Assembly: GCA_964016885.1 (NCBI GenBank)
Contig: OZ024744.1
Span: forward strand, 134,850,001-134,914,000
From: Eledone cirrhosa
Taxonomy: Eukaryota
Length of the DNA stretch: 64,000 bases
Reading direction: 5' to 3'
Translations under genes and position numbers: made by a program
Part shown: one piece after another, positions 1-10,482 of the stretch
Layout of the letters: every line of letters starts with the position of its first letter
Position numbering within the stretch: the first letter of the stretch is position 1
Notes under the pieces: model-generated
Databases searched by the model: none
Told to the model about the DNA's origin: nothing
Seen by the model: only the letters and a program-made list of their open reading frames with translations

Positions 1-697
1 TAAGTTAAGTTGGGGTTCAGTTAAGTTGGGGTTCAGTTAAGTTGGGGTTAAGTTAAGTTGGGGTTAAGATGGGGTTAAATTACGTTGGAGTTAAGTTAAG
101 TTGGGGTTAAGTTAAGTTGGGGTTAAGTTAAGTTGGGGTTAAGTTAAGTCGGGGTTAATTTAAGTCGGGGTTAGGTTAAGTTAGGGTTCAGTTAAGTTGG
201 GGTTAAGTTAAGTTGGGGTTGAGTTAAGATGGGGTTCAGTTAAATTGGGGTTGAGTTAAGTTGGGGTTGAGTTAAGTTGGTGTTGAGTTAAGTTGGGGTT
301 AAGTTAAATTGGGGTTAAGTTAAGTTGCAGTTAAGTTAAGTTGAGGTTAAGTTAAGGTGCGGTTAAGTTAAGTTGGGGTTAAGTTAAGTTGGGGCTAAGT
401 TAAGTTGGGGCTAAGTTAAGTTGGGGTTAATTTAAGTTGGGGTTAAGTTAAGTCGGGGTTAAGTTAAGTTGGGGTAAAGTTAAGTTGGGGTTAAGTTAAG
501 TCGGGGTTAAGTTAAGTTGTGGTTGAGTTAAGTTGGGGTTAATTTAAGTTGGGGCTAAGTTAAGTTGGGGTTAAGTTAAGTTGGGGTTAAGTTAAGTTGG
601 TTAGTTAAGTTGAGTTTAAGTTAAGTTGGGGTTAATTTAAGTTGGGGTTAAGTTAAGTTGGGGTTAAGTTAAGTTGGGGTTAAGTTAAGTTGGGGTT

Positions 698-872
698 AAC
701 CCCAACTTAACTTAACCCCAACTTCACTCAACCCCAACGTAACTCAACCCCAACTTAACTTAACCCCAACTTCACTCAACCCCAACTTAACTTAACCCCA
801 ACTTCACTCAACCCCAACTTCCAACTTGACTTAACCCCAGCTTAACTTAGCCCCAACTTAACTTAAGCCCAA
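698..872 (-). repeat. Inverted satellite cassette 1, haplotype A (175 bp)
   Basis: (AACCCCAACTTAACTT)n from the GGGGTT|AACCCC junction to AAGCCCAA|AGTCGGGG; carries the AACTTCCAACTTGAC deletion mark. Confidence 0.95.
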
Positions 873-3050
873 AGTCGGGGTTAAGTTAAGTTGGCGTTAA
901 GTTAAGTTGGCGTTAAGTTAAGTTAGGCTTAACTTAAGTTGGGGTTCAGTTAAGTTGGGGGTAAGTTAAGTTGGGGGTAAGTTAAGTTGGGGGTAAGTTA
1001 AGTTGGGGTTAAGTTAAGTTGCGGTTAAGTTGGGGTTAAGTTAAGTTAGGGTTAAGTTAAGTTGGGGTTGAGTTAAGTTGGGGTTAATTAAGTGGTGGTT
1101 ATGTTAAGTTGGGGTTAAGTTAAGTTGGGGTTAATTTAAATTGGGGTTAAGATAAGTCGGGGTTAAGTTAAGTTGGGGTTAAGTTAAGTTGGGGTAAAGT
1201 TGGGGTTGAGTTAAGTTGGGGTTGAGTGAAGTTGGGGTTAAGTTAAGTTGGGGTTAAGTTAAGTTGGGGTTAAGATAAGTCGGGGTTAAGTTAAGTTGTG
1301 GTTGATTTAAGTTGGGGTTAATTTAAGTTGGGGCTAAGTTAATTTGTGGTTAAGTTAAGTTAGGGTTAAGTTAAGTTGGGGTTAAGTTAAGTTGGGGTTG
1401 AGTTAAGTTGGGGTTGAGTTAATTTGGTGTTAAGTTAAGTTGGGGTTAAGTTAAGTTGGGTTTAAGTTAAGTTGGGGTTAAGTTAAGTTGGGGGTAAGTT
1501 AAGTTGGGGGCAAGTTAATTTGGGGTTAATTTAAGTTGGGGTTAAATTAAGTTGTGGTTACGTTAAGTTGGTGTTAAGTTAAGTTGGGGTTAAGTTAAGT
1601 TGGGGTTAATTTAAGTTGGGGTTGAGTTAAGTTGGGGTTAAGTTAAGTTGGGGTTATATTAAGTTGGGGTTAAGTTAAGTTGGGGTTCAGTTAAGTTGGG
1701 GTTAAGTTAAGTTGGGGTTAAGTTAAGTTGGGGCTAAGTTAAGTTGGGGCTGAGTTAAGTTGGGGCTGAGTTAAGTTGGGGCTAAGTTAAGTTGGGGTTG
1801 AGTTAAGTTGGGGTTAAGTTGGGGTTAAGTTAAGTTAGGTTTAAGTTAAGTTGGGGTTAAGTTAAGTTGGGGTTAAGTTAAGTTGGGGTTAAGTCAAGTT
1901 GGGGTTAAGTTAAGTTGGGGTTAAGTTAATTTGTGGTTAAGTTAAGTTGTGGTTAAGTTAAGTTGGGGTTAAGTTAAGTTGGGCTTAAGTTAAGTCGGGG
2001 TTAAGTTAAGTTGGGGTTAAGTTAAGTTGGGGTTAATTTAAGTTGGGGTTAAGTTAAGTTGGGGTTATGTTAAGTTGGGTTTAAGTTAAGTTGGGGTTAA
2101 GTTAAGTTGAGGTTAAGTTAAGTTGGGGTTAAATTAAGTTGGGGTTACGTTAAGTTGGGGTTAAGTTAAGTTGGGGTTAAGTTAAGTTGGGGATAAGTTA
2201 AGTTGGGGATAATTTAAGTTGGGGTTAAGTTAAGTTGGATTTAAGTTAAGTTGGGGTTAAGTTAAGTTGGGGTTAAGTTAAGTTGGGGTTAAGTTAAGTT
2301 GGGGTTAAGTTAAGTTGGGGTTAAGTTAAGTTGGGGCTGAGTTAAGTTGGGGTTAAGTTAAATTGGGGTTAAGTTAAGTTGGGGTTAAGTTAAGTTGGGG
2401 TTAAGTTAAGTTGGGGTTTATTTAAGTTGGGGTTAAGTTAAGTTGGGGTTCAGTTAAGTTGGGGTTCAGTTAAGTTGGGGTTAAGTTAAGTTGGGGTTAA
2501 GATGGGGTTAAATTAAGTTGGGGTTAAGTTAAGTTGGGGTTAAGTTAAGTTGGGGTTAAGCTAAGTTGGGGTTAAGTTAAGTCGGGGTTAAGTTAAGTCG
2601 GGGTTAAGTTAAGTTAGGGTTCAGTTAAGTTGGGGTTAAGTTAAGTTGGGGTTGAGTTAAGTTGGGGTTAAGTTAAGTTGGGGTTAAGTTAAGTTGCAGT
2701 TAAGTTAAGTTGAGGTTAAGTTAAGGTGCGGTTAAGTTAAGTTGGGGTTAAGTTAAGTTGGGGCTAAGTTAAGTTGGGGCTAAGTTAAGTTGGGGCTAAG
2801 TTAAGTTTGGGTTAAGTTAAGTCGGGGTTAAGTTAAGTTGGGGTAAAGTTAAGTTGGGGTTAATTTAAGTTGGGGTTAAGTTAAGTTGGGGTTAAGTTAA
2901 GTTGGGGTTGAGTTAAGTTGGGTTTAAGTTAAGTTGGGGTTAAGTTAAGTTGGTTAGTTAAGTTGAGTTTAAGTTAAGTTGGGGTTAATTTAAGTTGGGG
3001 TTAAGTTAAGTTGGGGTTAAGTTAAGTTGGGGTTAAGTTAAGTTGGGTTT

Positions 3051-3250
3051 AACCCCAACTTAACTTAACCCCAACTTCACTCAACCCCAACGTAACTCAA
3101 CCCCAACTTAACTTAACCCCAACTTCACTCAACCCCAACTTAACTTAACCCCAACTTCACTCAACACCAACTTAAGTCAACCCCAACTTAACTTAACCCC
3201 AACTTGACTTAACCCCAACTTAAATTAGCCCCAACTTAACTTAAGCCCAA
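3051..3250 (-). repeat. Inverted cassette 2, haplotype B (200 bp)
   Basis: Left junction GGGTTT|AACCCC; marks CAACACC and AAATTAGCC; flank TGGCGTTATG...TCAGGC. Confidence 0.95.
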
Positions 3251-4043
3251 AGTCGGGGTTAAGTTAAGTTGGCGTTATGTTAAGTCAGGCTTAACTTAAG
3301 TTGGGATTCAGTTAAGTTGGGGGTAAGTTAAGTTGCGGGTAAGTTAAGTTGGGGTTAAGTTAAGTTGGGGTTAAGTTAAGTCGGGGTTAAGTTAAGTTGG
3401 GGTTAATTTAAGTTGGGGTTAATTTAAGTTGGGGTTAAGTTAAGTTGGGGTTAAGTTAATTGGGGTTAAGTTAAGTTGGGGTTAAGTTAAGTTGAGGTTA
3501 AGTTAAGTTGGGGTTAAATTAAGTTTGGGTTAAGTTAAGTTGGGGTTAAGTTAAGTTGGGGTTAAGTTAAGTTGGGGTTAAGTTAAGTTGGGGTTAAGTT
3601 AAGTTGGGGTTAAGTTAAGTTGGGGTTAAGTTAAGTTGGGGCTAAGTTAAGTTGGGGCTGAGTTAAGTTGGAGTTAAGTTAAGTTGGGGTTAAGTTAAGT
3701 TGGGGTTAAGTTAAGTTGGGGTTAATTTAAGTTGGGGTTAAGTTAAGTTGCGGGTAATTTAAGTTGGGGTTAAGTTAAGTTGGTGTTAAGTTAAGTTGGG
3801 GTTAAGTTAAGTTGGGGTTAAGTTAAGTTGGGGCTAATTTAAGTTGGGGCTGAGTTAAGTTGGGGTTAAGTTAAGTTGGGGTTAAGTTAAGTTGGGATTA
3901 AGTTAAGTTGGGGTTAAGTTAAGTTGGGGTTTATTTAAGTTGGGGTTAAGTTAAGTTGGGGTTCAGTTAAGTTGGGGTTCAGTTAAGTTGGGGTTAAGTT
4001 AAGTTGGGGTTAAGTTAAGTTGGGGTTAAGATAAGTTGGGGTT

Positions 4044-4218
4044 AACCCCAACTTAACTTAACCCCAACTTCACTCAACCCCAACGTAACTCAACCCCAAC
4101 TTAACTTAACCCCAACTTCACTCAACCCCAACTTAACTTAACCCCAACTTCACTCAACCCCAACTTCCAACTTGACTTAACCCCAACTTAACTTAGCCCC
4201 AACTTAACTTAAGCCCAA
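4044..4218 (-). repeat. Inverted cassette 3, haplotype A (175 bp)
   Basis: Same junctions and deletion mark as cassette 1; GATAAG variant just upstream. Confidence 0.95.
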
Positions 4219-6619
4219 AGTCGGGGTTAAGTTAAGTTGGCGTTAAGTTAAGTTGGCGTTAAGTTAAGTTAGGCTTAACTTAAGTTGGGGTTCAGTTAAG
4301 TTTGGGGTAAGTTAAGTTAGGGGTAAGTTAAGTTGGGGGTAAGTTAAGTTGGGGTTAAGTTAAGTTGCGGTTAAGTTGGGGTTAAGTTAAGTTAGGGTTA
4401 AGTTAAGTTGGGGTTGAGTTAAGTTGGGGTTAATTAAGTGGTGGTTATGTTAAGTTGGGGTTAAGTTAAGTTGGGGTTAATTTAAATTGGGGTTAAGTTA
4501 ACTTTGTGGTTAAGTTAAGTTGGGGTTAAGTTAAGTTGGGGTAAAGTTGGGGTTGAGTTAAGTTGGGGTTGAGTGAAGTTGGGGTTAAGTTAAGTTGGGG
4601 TTAAGTTAAGTTGGGGTTAAGATAAGTCGGGGTTAAGTTAAGTTGTGGTTGATTTAAGTTGGGGTTAATTTAAGTTGGGGCTAAGTTAATTTGTGGTTAA
4701 GTTAAGTTAGGGTTAAGTTAAGTTGGGGTTAAGTTAAGTTGGGGTTGAGTTAAGTTGGGGTTGAGTTAATTTGGGGTTAAGTTAAGTTGGGGTTAAGTTA
4801 AGTTGGGTTTAAGTTAAGTTGGGGGCAAGTTAATTTGGGGTTAATTTAAGTTGGGGTTAAATTAAGTTGTGGTTACGTTAAGTTGGTGTTAAGTTAAGTT
4901 GGGGTTAATTTAAGTTGGGGTTAATTAAGTTGGGGTTAAGTTAAGTTGGTGTTAAGTTAAGTTGGGGTTAATTTAAGTTGGGGTTGAGTTAAGTTGGGGT
5001 TAAGTTAAGTAGGGGTTATATTAAGTTGGGGTTAAGTTAAGTTGGGGTTCAGTTAAGTTGGGGTTAAGTTAAGTTGGGGTTAAGTTAAGTTGAGGTTAAG
5101 TTAAGTTGGGGTTAAGTTAAGTTGGTGTTAAGTTAAGTTGGGGCTAAGTTAAGTTGGGGTTGAGTTAAGTTGGGGTTAAGTTGGGGTTAAGTTAAGTTAG
5201 GTTTAAGTTAAGTTGGGGTTAAGTTAAGTTGGGGTTAATTTAAGTTGTGGGTAAGTTAAGTTGGGGTTAAGTTAAGTTGGGGTTAAGTTAAGTCGGGGTT
5301 AAGTTAAGTTGGGGTTAATTTAAGTTGGGGTTAATTTAAGTTGGGGTTAAGTTAAGTTGGGGTTAAGTTAAGTTGGGGTTAAGTTAATTGGGGTTAAGTT
5401 AAGTTGGGGTTAAGTTAAGTTGAGGTTAAGTTAAGTTGGGGTTAAATTAAGTTTGGGTTAAGTTAAGTTGGGGTTAAGTTAAGTTGGGGTTAAGTTAAGT
5501 TGGGGATAAGTTAAGTTGGGGATAATTTAAGTTGGGGTTAAGTTAAGTTGGGTTTAAGTTAAGTTGGGGTTAAGTTCAGTTGGGGTTAAGTTAAGTTGGG
5601 GTTAAGTTAAGTTGGGGTTAAGTTAAGTTGGGGCTAAGTTAAGTTGGGGCTGAGTTAAGTTGGAGTTAAGTTAAGTTGGGGTTAAGTTAAGTTGGGGTTA
5701 AGTTAAGTTGGGGTTAATTTAAGTTGGGGTTAAGTTAAGTTGCGGGTAATTTAAGTTGGGGTTAAGTTAAGTTGGGGTTAAGTTAAGTTGGGGTTAAGTT
5801 AAGTTGGGGTTAAGTTAAGTTGGGGCTAATTTAAGTTGGGGCTGAGTTAAGTTGGGGTTAAGTTAAGTTGGGGTTAAGTTAAGTTGGGATTAAGTTAAGT
5901 TGGGGTTAAGTTAAGTTGGGGTTTATTTAAGTTGGGGTTAAGTTAAGTTGGGGTTCAGTTAAGTTGGGGTTCAGTTAAGTTGGGGTTAAGTTAAGTTGGG
6001 GTTAAGATGGGGTTAAATTACGTTGGAGTTAAGTTAAGTTGGGGTTAAGTTAAGTTGGGGTTAAGTTAAGTTGGGGTTAAGTTAAGTCGGGGTTAATTTA
6101 AGTCGGGGTTAAGTTAAGTTAGGGTTCAGTTAAGTTGGGGTTAAGTTAAGTTGGGGTTGAGTTAAGATGGGGTTCAGTTAAATTGGGGTTGAGTTAAGTT
6201 GGGGTTGAGTTAAGTTGGTGTTGAGTTAAGTTGGGGTTAAGTTAAATTGGGGTTAAGTTAAGTTGCAGTTAAGTTAAGTTGAGGTTAAGTTAAGGTGCGG
6301 TTAAGTTAAGTTGGGGTTAAGTTAAGTTGGGGCTAAGTTAAGTTGGGGCTAAGTTAAGTTGGGGTTAATTTAAGTTGGGGTTAAGTTAAGTCGGGGTTAA
6401 GTTAAGTTGGGGTAAAGTTAAGTTGGGGTTAAGTTAAGTCGGGGTTAAGTTAAGTTGTGGTTGAGTTAAGTTGGGGTTAATTTAAGTTGGGGCTAAGTTA
6501 AGTTGGGGTTAAGTTAAGTTGGGGTTAAGTTAAGTTGGTTAGTTAAGTTGAGTTTAAGTTAAGTTGGGGTTAATTTAAGTTGGGGTTAAGTTAAGTTGGG
6601 GTTAAGTTAAGTTGGGGTT

Positions 6620-6794
6620 AACCCCAACTTAACTTAACCCCAACTTCACTCAACCCCAACGTAACTCAACCCCAACTTAACTTAACCCCAACTTCACTCA
6701 ACCCCAACTTAACTTAACCCCAACTTCACTCAACCCCAACTTCCAACTTGACTTAACCCCAACTTAACTTAGCCCCAACTTAACTTAAGCCCAA
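6620..6794 (-). repeat. Inverted cassette 4, haplotype A (175 bp)
   Basis: Same junctions and deletion mark as cassette 1. Confidence 0.95.
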
Positions 6795-9004
6795 AGTCGG
6801 GGTTAAGTTAAGTTGGCGTTAAGTTAAGTTGGCGTTAAGTTAAGTTAGGCTTAACTTAAGTTGGGGTTCAGTTAAGTTGGGGGTAAGTTAAGTTGGGGGT
6901 AAGTTAAGTTGGGGGTAAGTTAAGTTGGGGTTAAGTTAAGTTGCGGTTAAGTTGGGGTTAAGTTAAGTTAGGGTTAAGTTAAGTTGGGGTTGAGTTAAGT
7001 TGGGGTTAATTAAGTGGTGGTTATGTTAAGTTGGGGTTAAGTTAAGTTGGGGTTAATTTAAATTGGGTTAAGTTAACTTTGTGGTTAAGTTAAGTTGGGG
7101 TTAAGTTAAGTTGGGGTAAAATTGGGGTTGAGTTAAGTTGGGGTTGAGTGAAGTTGGGGTTAAGTTAAGTTGGGGTTAAGTTAAGTTGGGGTTAAGATAA
7201 GTCGGGGTTAAGTTAAGTTGTGGTTGATTTAAGTTGGGGTTAATTTAAGTTGGGGCTAAGTTAATTTGTGGTTAAGTTAAGTTAGGGTTAAGTTAAGTTG
7301 GGGTTAAGTTAAGTTGGGGTTGAGTTAAGTTGGGGTTGAGTTAATTTGGTGTTAAGTTAAGTTGGGGTTAAGTTAAGTTGGGTTTAAGTTAAGTTGGGGT
7401 TGAATTAAGTTGGGGTTAAATTAGGTTGGGGTTAAGTTAAGTTGGGGGTAAGTTAAGTTGGGGGCAAGTTAATTTGGGGTTAATTTAAGTTGGGGTTAAA
7501 TTAAGTTGTGGTTACGTTAAGTTGGTGTTAAGTTAAGTTGGGGTTAAGTTAAGTTGGGGTTAATTTAAGTTGGGGTTGAGTTAAGTTGGAGTTAAGTTAA
7601 GTTGGGGTTATATTAAGTTGGGGTTAAGTTAAGTTGGGGTTCAGTTAAGTTGGGGTTAAGTTAAGTTGGGGTTAAGTTAAGTTGGGGCTAAGTTAAGTTG
7701 GGGCTGAGTTAAGTTGGGGCTGAGTTAAGTTGGGGCTAAGTTAAGTTGGGGTTGAGTTAAGTTGGGGTTAAGTTGGGGTTAAGTTAAGTTAGGTTTAAGT
7801 TAAGTTGGGGTTAAGTTAAGTTGGGGTTAAGTTAAGTTGGGGTTAAGTCAAGTTGGGGTTAAGTTAAGTTGGGGTTAAGTTAATTTGTGGTTAAGTTAAG
7901 TTGTGGTTAAGTTAAGTTGGGGTTAAGTTAAGTTGGGCTTAAGTTAAGTCGGGGTTAAGTTAAGTTGGGGTTAAGTTAAGTTGGGGTTAATTTAAGTTGG
8001 GGTTAAGTTAAGTTGGGGTTATGTTAAGTTGGGTTTAAGTTAAGTTGGGGTTAAGTTAAGTTGAGGTTAAGTTAAGTTGGGGTTAAATTAAGTTGGGGTT
8101 ACGTTAAGTTGGGGTTAAGTTAAGTTAGGGTTAAGTTAAGTTGGGGATAAGTTAAGTTGGGGATAATTTAAGTTGGGGTTAAGTTAAGTTGGATTTAAGT
8201 TAAGTTGGGGTTAAGTTAAGTTGGGGTTAAGTTAAGTTGGGGTTAAGTTAAGTTGGGGTTAAGTTAAGTTGGGGCTAAGTTAAGTTGGGGCTGAGTTAAG
8301 TTGGGGTTAAGTTAAATTGGGGTTAAGTTAAGTTGGGGTTAAGTTAAGTTGGGGTTAAGTTAAGTTGGGGTTTATTTAAGTTGGGGTTAAGTTAAGTTGG
8401 GGTTCAGTTAAGTTGGGGTTCAGTTAAGTTGGGGTTAAGTTAAGTTGGGGTTAAGATGGGGTTAAATTAAGTTGGGGTTAAGTTAAGTTGGGGTTAAGTT
8501 AAGTTGGGGTTAAGCTAAGTTGGGGTTAAGTTAAGTCGGGGTTAAGTTAAGTCGGGGTTAAGTTAAGTTAGGGTTCAGTTAAGTTGGGGTTAAGTTAAGT
8601 TGGGGTTGAGTTAAGTTGGGGTTAAGTTAAGTTGGGGTTAAGTTAAGTTGCAGTTAAGTTAAGTTGAGGTTAAGTTAAGGTGCGGTTAAGTTAAGTTGGG
8701 GTTAAGTTAAGTTGGGGCTAAGTTAAGTTGGGGCTAAGTTAAGTTGGGGCTAAGTTAAGTTTGGGTTAAGTTAAGTCGGGGTTAAGTTAAGTTGGGGTAA
8801 AGTTAAGTTGGGGTTAATTTAAGTTGGGGTTAAGTTAAGTTGGGGTTAAGTTAAGTTGGGGTTGAGTTAAGTTGGGTTTAAGTTAAGTTGGGGTTAAGTT
8901 AAGTTGGTTAGTTAAGTTGAGTTTAAGTTAAGTTGGGGTTAATTTAAGTTGGGGTTAAGTTAAGTTGGGGTTAAGTTAAGTTGGGGTTAAGTTAAGTTGG
9001 GTTT

Positions 9005-9204
9005 AACCCCAACTTAACTTAACCCCAACTTCACTCAACCCCAACGTAACTCAACCCCAACTTAACTTAACCCCAACTTCACTCAACCCCAACTTAACTT
9101 AACCCCAACTTCACTCAACACCAACTTAAGTCAACCCCAACTTAACTTAACCCCAACTTGACTTAACCCCAACTTAAATTAGCCCCAACTTAACTTAAGC
9201 CCAA
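9005..9204 (-). repeat. Inverted cassette 5, haplotype B (200 bp)
   Basis: GGGTTT|AACCCC junction; CAACACC and AAATTAGCC marks. Confidence 0.95.
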
Positions 9205-10330
9205 AGTCGGGGTTAAGTTAAGTTGGCGTTATGTTAAGTCAGGCTTAACTTAAGTTGGGGTTCAGTTAAGTTGGGGGTAAGTTAAGTTGCGGGTAAGTTA
9301 AGTTGGGGTTAAGTTAAGTTGCGGTTAAGTTGGGGTTAAGTTAAGTTAGGGTTAAGTTAAGTTGGGGTTGAGTTAAGTTGGGGTTAATTAAGTGGTGGTT
9401 ATGTTAAGTTGGGGTTAATTTAAATTGGGGTTAAGTTAACTTTGTGGTTAAGTTAAGTTGGGGTTAAGTTAAGTTGGGGTTAAGTTGGGGTTGAGTTAAG
9501 TTGGGGTTGAGTGAAGTTGGGGTTAATTTAAGTTGGGGTAAAGTTAAGTTGGGGTTAAGTTAAGTCGGGGTTAAGTTAAGTTGTGGTTGAGTTAAGTTGG
9601 GGTTAATTTAAGTTGGGGCTAAGTTAATTTGTGGTTAAGTTAAGTTGGGGTTAAGTTAAGTTGGGGTTAAGTTAAGTTGGGGTTGAGTTAAGTTGGGGTT
9701 GAGTTAAGTTGGGGTTAAGTTAAGTTGGGGTCAAGTTAAGTTGGGGTTAAGTTGGGGTTAAGTTAAGTTAGGTTTAAGTTAAGTTGGGGTTAAGTTAAGT
9801 TGGGGTTAAGTTAAGTTGGGGTTAAGTTAAGTTGGGGTTAAGTTAAGTTGGGGTTAAGTTAAGTTGGGGTTAAGTTAAGTTGGGGTTAAGTTAAGTTGGG
9901 GTTAATTTAAGTTGGGGTTAAGTTAAGTTGGGGTTAAATTAAGTTGGGGTTAAGTTAAGTTGGGGTTAAGTTAAGTTGGTGTTAAGTTAAGTTGGGGCTA
10001 AGTTAAGTTGGGGCTGAGTTAAGTTGGGGCTGAGTTAAGTTGGGGCTAAGTTAAGTTGGGGTTGAGTTAAGTTGGGGTTAAGTTGGGGTTAAGTTAAGTT
10101 GCAGTTAAGTTAAGTTGAGGTTAAGTTAAGGTGCGGTTAAGTTAAGTTGGGGTTAAGTTAAGTTGGGGCTAAGTTAAGTTGGGGCTAAGTTAAGTTGGGG
10201 CTAAGTTAAGTTTGGGTTAAGTTAAGTTGGGGTTAATTTAAGTTGGGGTTAAGTTAAGTTGGGGTTAAGTTAAGTTGGGGTTGAGTTAAGTTGGGGTTAA
10301 GTTAAGTTGGGGTTAAGTTAAGTTGGGTTT

Positions 10331-10482
10331 AACCCCAACTTAACTTAACCCCAACTTCACTCAACCCCAACTTAACTTAACCCCAACTTCACTCAACACC
10401 AACTTAAGTCAACCCCAACTTAACTTAACCCCAACTTGACTTAACCCCAACTTAAATTAGCCCCAACTTAACTTAAGCCCAA
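10331..10482 (-). repeat. Inverted cassette 6, haplotype B with three monomers deleted (152 bp)
   Basis: B marks present; CAACGTAACTC unit absent; length equals 200 minus 48. Confidence 0.93.

Larger units (their letters stand above)
1..9290 (+). repeat. Higher-order duplication: ~1-3330 recurs at ~5940-9290 (offset 5922-5954); a third related copy lies near 27.3-30.5 kb
   Basis: Marker pairs: TACGTTGGAG 81/6019; cassette A 698/6620; AAGTCAAG 1891/7845; GGATTT 2237/8191; cassette B 3051/9005. Offsets differ by multiples of 16. Boundaries approximate. Confidence 0.85.

Noticed and set aside
181-186. TTAGGG hexamers as vertebrate-type telomere repeats
   Set aside because: They are isolated single-base variants of TTGGGG within the monomer and never occur in tandem.
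698-872. Cassettes as MITEs or piggyBac-type insertions at TTAA
   Set aside because: The cassette is only reverse-complement satellite. It has no terminal inverted repeats of its own and no target duplication at the right end. Copies share long flanks, so they spread by segmental duplication rather than by independent insertion.
1650-1665. TTATATTAA as a TATA-like promoter element
   Set aside because: It is a two-substitution monomer variant propagated by duplication, with no downstream gene.
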